Assembly (NCBI GenBank): GCA_965261345.1
Contig: OZ253449.1
Span: 416,001-480,000 of the forward strand
DNA: 64,000 nucleotides
From: Chloroflexota bacterium
Lineage (GTDB): Bacteria > Chloroflexota > UBA11872 > VXNJ01
Reading direction: 5' to 3'
Below the pieces are notes generated by a model. It made no database searches. It was not told the DNA's origin and worked only from the letters and a program-made list of their open reading frames with translations. The position numbers were made by a program, and so were the translations under genes. Shown here piece after piece: positions 9,749 through 18,470 of this stretch; position 1 is the first letter of the stretch, and every line of letters starts with the position of its first letter.

Positions 9749-10404
9749 CGGGGCTGCCCGGGAAGGGTATCTTCGGCTAGGACCAGCCAGGTGGCCCGCA
9801 GACGTCCGCATCCATCTTGGTAGGCAAGGGACAGTTGCTGTGAGCGGCGGTATAACAGCAGCAGCAGGCCAATAAGCGTAGCGGCAACGGTCGGCGCGCC
9901 CGCGCCGATCACCGGCAGGAAGCCAATCGCACCCAAAATCTGGGCAACAATCGCAAAACCCGGGCGGCGGACCGCCAGACCGGCGCCGTAACCGGCGATG
10001 GCGCCAATCAGGTAGCCGAGAGTGTTTTCGATGAGCCCGATGGCCAGGAACATTCCGGCTAATACCGCAACTCCCCGACCGGCCCGGGCAAAACCCAGGT
10101 AGATCGGCCAGCAATGACCGACAAAGGCGCAAATCGCCCAGACCGCGGCCGCCCAATGTGAGCCCAACTGAAAGTAGAGGAAACACATTGGGCCCATCGC
10201 TTTGCCGGCATCCAGGAGCAGCACAACCGCACCCCAACCACGCCCGACCTGCCGATAGGCATTGGAAGCGCCCAGATTGCCGGTTCCCAAACGCCTAAGG
10301 TCGCGCCGCCGCCAGCGGCCGATGAGGAGTGCAAACGGGATCGCCCCGGTCAGATATCCACCGATCGCGGCGGCCAGTTCGATCAAGGCCGAGAACTCCG
10401 ACAA
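9745..10404 (-). CDS. plsY: PlsY-like glycerol-3-phosphate acyltransferase
   Basis: GYLTGAIPF, DLRRLGTGNLGASN, DAGK, GHCWP and GRGVA motifs. The third motif is degenerate. Confidence 0.75.
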   Translation of the reverse strand: MSEFSALIELAAAIGGYLTGAIPFALLIGRWRRRDLRRLGTGNLGASNAYRQVGRGWGAVVLLLDAGKAMGPMCFLYFQLGSHWAAAVWAICAFVGHCWPIYLGFARAGRGVAVLAGMFLAIGLIENTLGYLIGAIAGYGAGLAVRRPGFAIVAQILGAIGFLPVIGAGAPTVAATLIGLLLLLYRRSQQLSLAYQDGCGRLRATWLVLAEDTLPGQPR

Positions 10405-10572
10405 ACGAAATACGTGAAGCGGTCAGGCCGCCGCGCAGGCGATTTAGACCTGCACTATTCTTAGCTAATGTGCGTGGTGGGAGTTAGCGCTGCAGGATTG
10501 TGGCGACCGCGGTCGCCAGGTGCTCCTCGGGAGCGGCGATCCCAACTCCACGAACCGACCGGAGGACATTGG

Positions 10573-11196
10573 ATGGATTTTGGAAAGCTTGGGCAGGGCC
10601 TTGAAGCCCTGGTCGGGACCCTCATATTGGCACCGCTGCTGCTGGGCCTGGCCGTTGCGGTTGTGGTCATCTATCTCCTGGCGCGGGCTCACACCATGGG
10701 CTTTATCCGTTTCTCGATCGCCGGGGTCGAGCTCTGGTCCGTCCGGATCGTGTCCCTGGCGATGGTGCTGATCACCTTCGTTGCCAGCACCAGGATCCTC
10801 ACTTCGCTCTCGGCCCTCCTCTTTGGAGATTCGTTCACTTACGGATCGGGACATAAGGTCGATGAAACTGATGTTTTGCTGCGCTGGATCGTTCTGGGGG
10901 CGCTCGCATCGGTCATATACATCTTCATGCTCATCCGATCGCGTCAGCTCGCCGACCAAGCGCCGGCCAGGTTCATCCGCAACGCCTACGGCATGGTCGC
11001 GACCCTGTTTTTCGGCCTAGCCTCGATCATTGCGTCTTTCGGATTGGCCCAGGCGATCGTCGACCGTGTTGTTGACGACAAGGGTATTTTTGACCGCAGC
11101 ACCGCCATCGGCGAGCCACTCAGCGGGCTGATTGCCGCCGTCGCATTCTTCCTGATCGCATCCTATTTCTTCCGGAGCGGGCGATCGCGGACCTAA
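10573..11196 (+). CDS. Hypothetical integral membrane protein (about 5 TM helices)
   Basis: GGAGG RBS upstream of ATG 10573, with alternating hydrophobic segments. Confidence 0.75.
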   Translation: MDFGKLGQGLEALVGTLILAPLLLGLAVAVVVIYLLARAHTMGFIRFSIAGVELWSVRIVSLAMVLITFVASTRILTSLSALLFGDSFTYGSGHKVDETDVLLRWIVLGALASVIYIFMLIRSRQLADQAPARFIRNAYGMVATLFFGLASIIASFGLAQAIVDRVVDDKGIFDRSTAIGEPLSGLIAAVAFFLIASYFFRSGRSRT

Positions 11197-11218
11197 ATTT
11201 GCCAGGGATAGGGCAAGC

Positions 11219-11533
11219 CTAGGGGCTGGACGGTTCATCCGGGCCGGTCAGCAGATAACTGGCGAGGGCATCTAACTGGCCATCGGTCAGGCTGCCCGAA
11301 AATCCCGGCATGCCCTCCCGGCCTTCGGCGATAAGCGACCGCAGCCCCTCGGCTTCGTAGCGCCCCGAGAGCGATTCCGGCGAAAGCTGCGGGCCAAGTC
11401 CGGTGCCAAACACGGGGTGGCAGGCGGCGCAGCGGGCGGCGTACACCTGGGCCGTCGTCGGTTCGGATTGGCCGGCACAGCCGGACAGAACGCCAACCGC
11501 GATTAGGGCGGCCACCGCGCCCAGCATCCGCAC
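11219..11533 (-). CDS. Small monoheme class I cytochrome c, predicted lipoprotein
   Basis: Lipobox LSGC, heme motif CAACH, GPQL and distal Met in GMPGF. Confidence 0.88.
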   Translation of the reverse strand: MRMLGAVAALIAVGVLSGCAGQSEPTTAQVYAARCAACHPVFGTGLGPQLSPESLSGRYEAEGLRSLIAEGREGMPGFSGSLTDGQLDALASYLLTGPDEPSSP

Positions 11534-11565
11534 TGCGGGGCCGAAACGGCCCGATCGCCGGGACT

Positions 11566-12942
11566 TTAAGTTCGGTCCTGCCAGGGCCCGCGGCTGCGCA
11601 GACTTTCCGGGGAGATTGGCGCCAACTGACCGCCGGCATCGGCGGTAATTTTTGAAAAGGCCTTCGCCACGGCTTGCGGATTGTCGGCCGCCAGGTTGTT
11701 GGCGCAGCCCGGATAGTCGTTAGCGATCGAAAAGAGTTGGACTTGGCCACCGTCACGATGGGCAATCATCCACCAGTCCAGGTCGCGGTAGAAGACGTAA
11801 TCGCCCATCGCACAGGTAACATACTCCCGTGCGACCGCCCCGGCGCCCAGGTCGATCCCGTCGAGCGGCAGCGGGGCCTCTATACCCACCCGCGCCAGCA
11901 GCGTCGGGAGGACATCGGTGTCGTAGACGAAATCTGACCGCACTTGCCCGGCGCACTGGCCATTGGGATCCCGGATCATCAGGATCACATCCATTAGTTC
12001 AGGGAGCATGTGCTCCCCGTCTTTTCCGATGTAATCGTGCTCGCCCAGGCAATGGCCGTGGTCGGAGATAACCACCACGACCGTATTGCGGGCCAGCCGC
12101 AGGGCGGTTAGGTGGTCTAGGAATCGCCCCATCCAGCGGTCGACCATGGTCACCTCGCCAGCGTAGAGCGCCCGGATGTGATCCAGTTCGGCGGCGGTGA
12201 TCGTATCAACGTCGATATAGGTGGGCCAGATATAGTCGCGCCCACGATAGTCGGGGTCGTAGTTTCGCCAGCGCCACTCCGGCGGATCCCACGGCTCGTG
12301 TGGATCAAACAGGTCAACACTCAGGAAGAAGCTGCGGTCACGGTTATCTTCCAGAAAGCGCATCGCCGCGGTGATCACCTGCGGGGCAAAGCAGTCCTCC
12401 TCCCGCTGGCGCGAGCTGGTGTTGGCCAGATAGCGGCGAAGCATCACGTCACGCGCACCGCCGAAATCGGAATCTGGCTGCACCTTCCGCACCGCCTCCA
12501 TGGGCACCGTCGCCGGGGAGCGCCATTGGTCATTTTCCTGGCCCCGGATCCAGCGAAACTGGTCAAATCCGCGGTGAAAGTTCATTGAAGGCTTGAACTG
12601 GTGGTAGGTATCAGTCACCAGGCCGGTGTGATACCCAGCGGCTTTAAATATCTCCGCCATCGTTACCCGCCGCTCGTCGATCGGGTGCCAACCCGGCCAA
12701 CGAACCCAATCGCCCTTGCGGCTCTGGTGATCGACGAAGGGAAAAAGCCGGCGGCCGGTGTAGAGCGTCTGGCGCACCTGGATCGTGGGCAGGCTCTCCG
12801 GATAGGGTTGAGCAAAGCGGACCGCCTCGCTGGCAAATTGGTCCAGGCAGGGTGTCGCGGCCAGTCCGCCGTAGCAGCCTACATGGTCGCGCCGCAGCGA
12901 ATCGATCACTAGCAGCACGACGTTGAGGGGTTCGCCGCTCAT
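11566..12942 (-). CDS. Sulfatase-like alkaline-phosphatase-superfamily hydrolase (paralogue 2)
   Basis: IDSLRRDH, PTIQVRQTLYTGR, DPHEPWDPP, YAGEVTMVD and SDHGH motifs. No signal peptide visible. Confidence 0.9.
   Translation of the reverse strand: MSGEPLNVVLLVIDSLRRDHVGCYGGLAATPCLDQFASEAVRFAQPYPESLPTIQVRQTLYTGRRLFPFVDHQSRKGDWVRWPGWHPIDERRVTMAEIFKAAGYHTGLVTDTYHQFKPSMNFHRGFDQFRWIRGQENDQWRSPATVPMEAVRKVQPDSDFGGARDVMLRRYLANTSSRQREEDCFAPQVITAAMRFLEDNRDRSFFLSVDLFDPHEPWDPPEWRWRNYDPDYRGRDYIWPTYIDVDTITAAELDHIRALYAGEVTMVDRWMGRFLDHLTALRLARNTVVVVISDHGHCLGEHDYIGKDGEHMLPELMDVILMIRDPNGQCAGQVRSDFVYDTDVLPTLLARVGIEAPLPLDGIDLGAGAVAREYVTCAMGDYVFYRDLDWWMIAHRDGGQVQLFSIANDYPGCANNLAADNPQAVAKAFSKITADAGGQLAPISPESLRSRGPWQDRT
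12563..12612. repeat. 50-nt exact direct repeat, copy 1 (copy 2 at 13949-13998)
   Basis: TCAAATCCGCGGTGAAAGTTCATTGAAGGCTTGAACTGGTGGTAGGTATC occurs at both positions. Confidence 0.92.
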
Positions 12943-14316
12943 CTAGACCATCTCATACCAGGGACCGGCCTGGCGCAGCTGCTCGGGGGTGAATTCAGGG
13001 AAGGACCCACCGGCTTCAGCGCGGGCGATCGCAAAAATCTGGTCACAGCGCGCGGGGTTGTCGGCGGCGATGTTGGAGCGGCAGCCGGGGTCGTCGGCGA
13101 GCGCGTACAAATGCTGATCGCAGCGCTGGTGGTCGCTGAAATACCAATGGCTGGAGTCGGCGTAAATTACGTAATTGGCGTAGCCGGAGACGGCATATTC
13201 GCGCCCCGGGGCACGGCCCTCGGCGACCGCCAAAACGTCGCGCCCGTGCATCGGCATCGGCGGTTCTACCCCCAGCTGACCGGCGACCGTGGGGGCCACG
13301 TCGTGGGTGTAGATAAACGAATCGCAGACCTGCCCGCCGCCGGCCCCGCCAGGCCGCCGGGCCATGAAAATGATATCGACCAGTTCGGGGTAGGGCGAGT
13401 GTGGCAGTTTGCCCAGCACGCCGTGATCGCCGAGGCTGTGTCCGTGGTCGGAGAGGACCAGCAGCAGGGTCTCATCCATGATCCCCAGATCCTGGCAATG
13501 ATCCAGAAAGATCCCCAGCCAGCGATCGACCATGGTAACTTCGCCCGCATACAGCGCCCGGATGTGCCCGAGCTGCTCGGCACTCAAATCGCCGCAGTCG
13601 CCGTAACTGGGCCAGATCAGGTCGGTGCCGCGATAACCCGGGCAATAACGGTCCACATACCACCATGGCGGGTCGAACGGTTCATGCGGATCAAAGCTGT
13701 CAACCATCAGGAAGAAATCCTCGCCGCGGTTGTCCTCGACGAATCGCATCGCCTCGGTAAATACCCTCGGAGCGAAGTATTCCTCCTCGTAACGGCGGGC
13801 GGAAACATTCGCCAGATAGCGGCTGATCCGGCGTTGGCCGGCCGGATTGTGCTGGGCTGGATAGCTGTGGGCGGCGGCGGCCTGCGGATCGATCCCACTG
13901 AGCGATTCAAAGCAATCCTGTTCCTGCCCGCGGATCCAGCGGAATTGTTCAAATCCGCGGTGAAAGTTCATTGAAGGCTTGAACTGGTGGTAGGTATCGG
14001 TCACTAGGCCGGTGTGGTACCCGGCGTTGCGCATGATTTCGGCGATGGTCACGTCGCTATCGGGGTTGGGCGCCCAACCCGGCACGCGCACCGAATCGCC
14101 CTTAAAACTCTGGTGGTCGCCAAACGGAAACACGCGACGCCCGGTGTGGATCGCCCGCCGCGTCTGGATGGTCGGCAGGGCCTCGGGCTTTGGGTTTTCA
14201 AAGCGCACCGATTCGCGCGCCAATTGGTCCAGCACCGGAGTGTGGATCGCCTCTGATCCATAGCAGCCGACGTGGTCGCGGCGCAGCGAGTCGATCACCA
14301 CCACAATTGCCTTCAT
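12943..14316 (-). CDS. Sulfatase-like alkaline-phosphatase-superfamily hydrolase (paralogue 1)
   Basis: IDSLRRDH, PTIQTRRAIHTGR, DPHEPFDPP, YAGEVTMVD and SDHGH motifs. Its TAG abuts the next ATG. Confidence 0.9.
   Translation of the reverse strand: MKAIVVVIDSLRRDHVGCYGSEAIHTPVLDQLARESVRFENPKPEALPTIQTRRAIHTGRRVFPFGDHQSFKGDSVRVPGWAPNPDSDVTIAEIMRNAGYHTGLVTDTYHQFKPSMNFHRGFEQFRWIRGQEQDCFESLSGIDPQAAAAHSYPAQHNPAGQRRISRYLANVSARRYEEEYFAPRVFTEAMRFVEDNRGEDFFLMVDSFDPHEPFDPPWWYVDRYCPGYRGTDLIWPSYGDCGDLSAEQLGHIRALYAGEVTMVDRWLGIFLDHCQDLGIMDETLLLVLSDHGHSLGDHGVLGKLPHSPYPELVDIIFMARRPGGAGGGQVCDSFIYTHDVAPTVAGQLGVEPPMPMHGRDVLAVAEGRAPGREYAVSGYANYVIYADSSHWYFSDHQRCDQHLYALADDPGCRSNIAADNPARCDQIFAIARAEAGGSFPEFTPEQLRQAGPWYEMV
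13949..13998. repeat. 50-nt exact direct repeat, copy 2
   Basis: Identical to 12563-12612. Confidence 0.92.
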
Positions 14317-14425
14317 TTTTCCGGCCAGGCTCCTCGGGCTGCGATCAGGCGATCAATTCCTCGAAATTATGGCTTTGGCGGCGCCGAGTTTCTGCGAATC
14401 CGCCGATTCCACGACGCCCGATCCG

Positions 14426-15289
14426 CTACTTCCCAGATTGCAGGTGCCGGCGAGCGCGATCGGCAATCTTGCCCTCCGGATCGATCGCTACTGCCTGGGC
14501 GAAATCGACCCGAGCCGAATTTGCGTTTCCCATCCGGCGGTGGATTAGGCCGCGATTGAAACGAGCCACCGCGTTGTCGCCCTGTTTGATCAGGCGATCG
14601 TAATCGAGCAGGGCATCCTGGACCATCTCGAGGCGCAGCAGGCAGTTTCCGCGATTTTGCAGGGCCGGGGCAAGATTTGGGTCCAGGTCGAGCGCCAACG
14701 AAAAATCATTGACCGCGTGTCGGAACTGCTCGAGCCGCATATAGGCAACCCCGCGGTCATAGATGGCCGGCCCGTTGAACTGATCAATCTCAAGCAGGCG
14801 GTCAAATTCGACAATCGCCTCCTTGAACAGATCGGCCCGCGCCAGCGCACGTGCCATCCGCAGCCGCAACGGGAAATCACTCTCGTTCGGGCGCAGCAAT
14901 TCCGACAGGTCGCGGGCCGCCAGGGCGTGCTGGTCCATTTTTTCGTAGCAAGCCGCGCGCAGGCCCAGTGCCACTTGGTTTTCGGGCTCGAGCGCCAGGA
15001 CCGCGCGCAATTGCTCAACTGCCGCGCGCAGGTCACCGAGCTGAATGTGGGCCTCGGCGCATCCCAGGCGGGCATCCAGGTCCTGAGCATCCCTGGCGAT
15101 CGCGGCGTTATAGGAATCGATTGCTCCCTGGTAATCGCCCAACGATACGCGGGCCAGGGCCAGCGAATTGAGAATCAGCAGGTTTTCGGGATCAAGTCGA
15201 AGGGCGGCCTCCAGATCTACCAGGGCACCCGCGTAGTCGGTTGATTCGATCTTGGCGAGGGCGCCTTCGATAAGCACGTCCGGGTCCAT
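14426..15289 (-). CDS. Tetratricopeptide-repeat protein (about 8 TPRs)
   Basis: 34-aa periodic repeats such as YQGAIDSYNAAIARD, AIYDRGVAYMRL and ALQNRGNCLL. Confidence 0.9.
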   Translation of the reverse strand: MDPDVLIEGALAKIESTDYAGALVDLEAALRLDPENLLILNSLALARVSLGDYQGAIDSYNAAIARDAQDLDARLGCAEAHIQLGDLRAAVEQLRAVLALEPENQVALGLRAACYEKMDQHALAARDLSELLRPNESDFPLRLRMARALARADLFKEAIVEFDRLLEIDQFNGPAIYDRGVAYMRLEQFRHAVNDFSLALDLDPNLAPALQNRGNCLLRLEMVQDALLDYDRLIKQGDNAVARFNRGLIHRRMGNANSARVDFAQAVAIDPEGKIADRARRHLQSGK

Positions 15290-15352
15290 CGTATTCAGTG
15301 CCAGGGCTCCTTGTTTGACGCCGCGCCGGCGGCCGGCGCCTGGTAGGGGACC

Positions 15353-15374
15353 AATTATCGATTTTCAGATAATT
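15353..15374. promoter_or_regulatory. Inverted repeat between divergent genes (candidate operator or bidirectional -10)
   Basis: AATTATC-N8-GATAATT, an AT-rich patch in GC-rich DNA. Confidence 0.4.
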
Positions 15375-15408
15375 CCAGCGTTCGCCCTGTTCCAACATCT
15401 AGGCAATC

Positions 15409-16062
15409 ATGGGCCTTATTTCCGACGCCTCTGATCCTGGCCAATTCGTCGCCCGGATCCTGGCCTTTGTGGTCGCGATTTCGATTCACGAGTTCGCTCA
15501 CGCCTACGTGGCCGATCGCCTTGGCGACCCGACGCCACGCAATGCCGGACGGGTGACCGTCAATCCGTTGCGTCATCTCGACCCGATGGGAACTGTTCTA
15601 CTGGCGCTGGTGGGGTTTGGCTGGGGCCGACCGGTACTGGTCAATCCCTATAACTTCAATATTGGAATCCGCATCGGGATGGCGGTCGTCGCCCTGGCCG
15701 GCCCGCTTTCAAATCTTGTTCTGGCAGCCGCTCTGGCGCCATTGGCGAGGGAATCAGGGCAGCTGGGAGGCCTGCTTCCGGGCGCTGGCGGGCAATTCCT
15801 AATCGAGCTTGTACTCAACACCCTGTACATCAACGTCCTATTGGCGGTATTCAATATGATTCCAATCCCGCCGTTGGATGGATTTTCGGTTCTGCTGGGC
15901 ATCGTCCCGCGCGAGACGGCGATCCAGCTCGAGCGCGTCCGGCGCTATGGTCCATTCGTGCTGTTGGCGCTGCTTGTTGCCGGTCCATTCCTTAACTTCA
16001 ACATACTGGGATTCCTACTAAACGGACCGATCCGGATTCTGACCGGCCTACTGGTCGGCTAG
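15409..16062 (+). CDS. Site-2 protease (peptidase M50 family)
   Basis: HEFAH zinc motif, GDPTP, NPLRHLDP, AGPLSN and FNMIPIPPLDG. Confidence 0.95.
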   Translation: MGLISDASDPGQFVARILAFVVAISIHEFAHAYVADRLGDPTPRNAGRVTVNPLRHLDPMGTVLLALVGFGWGRPVLVNPYNFNIGIRIGMAVVALAGPLSNLVLAAALAPLARESGQLGGLLPGAGGQFLIELVLNTLYINVLLAVFNMIPIPPLDGFSVLLGIVPRETAIQLERVRRYGPFVLLALLVAGPFLNFNILGFLLNGPIRILTGLLVG

Positions 16063-17376
16063 GCGCCCGGAACAGACCAGTTCGGCGCATTTCTGGGCGA
16101 TGCGCACGTTGTAGTTGGTGCCGCGGTCCTCGGGATAAATCTGCGACGTATTGCAGATGAAAAACCCGTCCAGGGCGGTGGCGAACCCGGGTACCTGACG
16201 CTGGTATCCGGCCGCGATTACCGGTTGCGCAACCCTGTCGGCGCTCAGCCACAGGGTCTCAACCTGGCTCGGATCAAAGTTTGGATAAACCCGCCTAACG
16301 GACGGTTGATATTCGGCCAGTAGCTGATCCGCCGACAAGTCGAAGTAGCGATGGGAAGGATCAAGGTAGTTGCCAATGTAGAGCAGGTTGGCCCCGCCAT
16401 AGCGTTCGGGGTCGATGAAATTGGTGTGTTCGACCAACAATGGGAACGGAACCGCCGGGTCCGAGACGTTGGTCCAGTAGTAACTTGATAGGCGATTCCG
16501 CAACTGCAGAAGCAGTACCAGCGCGCCACGATAGGCGATCTTGGGAATCACGATCGCTTGTTCGTGATCGGGCAGCAGCCGGGCCAGAATCGGCAAGGCA
16601 ATCGTGCCAATGACCGCGTCAAAGGCGATTTCCCGCCCGTCCGACCAGATCGATCGTACCCGCCCGTTACTGTGTGAAATCCTAGAAACCGGTGACCGCA
16701 AGTGGATTTTGGCACCCATCCCGGTCGCCGCCTGGGCCAACGCCCGGGTAATTGCCAGGAAGCTGCCATCAACGTAGCCGAGCGACTCGCGCAGGGCAAA
16801 ACGCCGGCGCGACCTGGAACGCACGTGTACCCGGTTCCAGAACCAGGCCATCGAGACCGACTCCCAATGCTCGCCGAATTTGGCTTCCAGCAGCGGACGC
16901 CAGATCAGCGAAAAGGCTTCTTCGCCGGATAACCGTGGCAGAATTTCAGCCGCACGCTGGTCTTCAAACGGATGGTAGTTTGAGATTTTTTGCAACCGCA
17001 GTGCCGCCAACCCCAACCGCATCCGCGCACCGAGTGATATCGGCGTAAATTTGAGCAGATCCCAAGGGGTGCTAAACGGGCGCAGTTGGCCCCTGACAAA
17101 ATAACCCATCTGCGGGGATTTCCAACTCAAGCGGTCGGCGATTCGCAGCCGGCCCATCAACCCGATCAATTCGGGGCTGTCCAAAAATAGGTGATGATAA
17201 AAACGCTCAAGAGGCTCGCCATTTACATCGACCACCCCCAGCTCCCCGCCAATTGCCGCGCCGGCTTCAAAAACTTCAACTTGGAATCCCCGGCAGGCGA
17301 GCTCATAGGCCAGGGTCAGTCCGGTAATTCCGGCACCGATAACAGCGATCTTGTGGGTGCGGACGGGTTCAGACAC
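16048..17376 (-). CDS. FAD-dependent oxidoreductase (amine oxidase/protoporphyrinogen oxidase-like fold)
   Basis: GAGITG dinucleotide-binding motif, ERFYHHLF, VEHTNF, AQP and YPEDRG. Confidence 0.88.
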   Translation of the reverse strand: MSEPVRTHKIAVIGAGITGLTLAYELACRGFQVEVFEAGAAIGGELGVVDVNGEPLERFYHHLFLDSPELIGLMGRLRIADRLSWKSPQMGYFVRGQLRPFSTPWDLLKFTPISLGARMRLGLAALRLQKISNYHPFEDQRAAEILPRLSGEEAFSLIWRPLLEAKFGEHWESVSMAWFWNRVHVRSRSRRRFALRESLGYVDGSFLAITRALAQAATGMGAKIHLRSPVSRISHSNGRVRSIWSDGREIAFDAVIGTIALPILARLLPDHEQAIVIPKIAYRGALVLLLQLRNRLSSYYWTNVSDPAVPFPLLVEHTNFIDPERYGGANLLYIGNYLDPSHRYFDLSADQLLAEYQPSVRRVYPNFDPSQVETLWLSADRVAQPVIAAGYQRQVPGFATALDGFFICNTSQIYPEDRGTNYNVRIAQKCAELVCSGRLADQ

Positions 17377-17485
17377 CAGTTGTTCCCATTAGGCCTGGGG
17401 AGAAATTCTTCGCATCGCAGTTCGCCGGCCTGGTGGCCACGGCTGACATTTGATTTTCGCCGCCACTTTAAAACCGGTGGAGTTG

Positions 17486-17923
17486 ATGTTTAGAAAGGCC
17501 ATCCGGACCAAACGCGATGGCCCCGCCAACGTGCCCATCGGCCTGTTCAATGAGCGCGAATCCGCTCTCTTTGCTCGCATGGCAGCGTGCGACCAGCGCA
17601 GTTGCCTGGCCGCCTGGACGGACTGTCAGGAACGGTTTCCAGACGATCTGGACCGGCAGCGGGCCGCCCTTCTTGGCCTGGTCGGCAAAGGACTACCCAC
17701 CTGGGTCCAAGAACTACTTGCCGGTGCGGCCGCCAGATTCGCCCCCGAACGGTTGGCTAGCTGGGGCCGGCGCGCTGATAGCTCATATCTTGCCCAGGTC
17801 GGCCGACTTGCCCACCACCGAGCGGCGGCCGTCAAATTCCTGGAACTGGCGGGGTCAAATCGCCGCGTAATCGAACTGGTGTCCGGTCGAATGGACGACG
17901 ACGGGCGGGCCGACCGGCGCTAG
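17486..17923 (+). CDS. Hypothetical protein, degenerate HD-domain-like
   Basis: F..M...DQRS and AALLGLVGK resemble DQRH...AALLHDVGK HD proteins. Start uncertain (TTG 17450 or ATG 17486). Confidence 0.55.
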   Translation: MFRKAIRTKRDGPANVPIGLFNERESALFARMAACDQRSCLAAWTDCQERFPDDLDRQRAALLGLVGKGLPTWVQELLAGAAARFAPERLASWGRRADSSYLAQVGRLAHHRAAAVKFLELAGSNRRVIELVSGRMDDDGRADRR

Positions 17924-18072
17924 AAGTTTCACTGGCGGCACCGCAGAGGCATGCCAAGTGCGCGTTCGATGCACGCCCGTGCAGTGAGGATGCGGTCAAA
18001 ACGTAGGTATTGAGTCCGGCGCGGCGGACTGTCCGGGTAAGGCCCGCTATTCTGCTCGGACCGCTTGCCAGA

Positions 18073-18468
18073 TCAGCGTTTGGTGAACTGCGGTGCCTTG
18101 CGGGCGCGTTTAAGGCCGGGCTTCTTACGTTCCTTGGCACGGGCGTCACGGGTGAGCATGCCCGCCGATTTGAGGACCGGGCGAAATTCCGGGTTGTAAA
18201 CGTTAAGGGCCCGGGCCAATCCCATGCGAATCGCCCCGGCCTGGCCGGAATGCCCGCCGCCTGAGACCTTTATCGACGCGCCAAGTTGCCCGACTTCGCA
18301 GATCCGCAACGGCTCAGTCGCAACGATCCGATCCATCGGTACCGAGAAGTACTCATCCAGCCGTTTGCCGTTTACAACCACGTTGCCGTTCGTGCCAAAA
18401 AGGCGTACGCGGGCTGCCGCCTGCTTGCGGCGGCCGGTTCCGTAGTAGTACTTTTCATCGGGCGCCAA
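18073..18468 (-). CDS. rpsI: 30S ribosomal protein S9
   Basis: YGTGRRK, GGGHSGQAGAIR and KERKKPGLKRARKAPQFTKR. Confidence 0.98.
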   Translation of the reverse strand: MAPDEKYYYGTGRRKQAAARVRLFGTNGNVVVNGKRLDEYFSVPMDRIVATEPLRICEVGQLGASIKVSGGGHSGQAGAIRMGLARALNVYNPEFRPVLKSAGMLTRDARAKERKKPGLKRARKAPQFTKR

Positions 18469-18470
18469 GA

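Noticed and set aside
17924-18072. Possible tRNA or sRNA in the convergent spacer (T-loop-like GTTCGAT near 17964; AGTCCG/CGGACT hairpin near 18013-18030)
   Set aside because: No acceptor stem, D-arm or anticodon arm can be built. The hairpins may be weak terminators but lack clear U-tracts.
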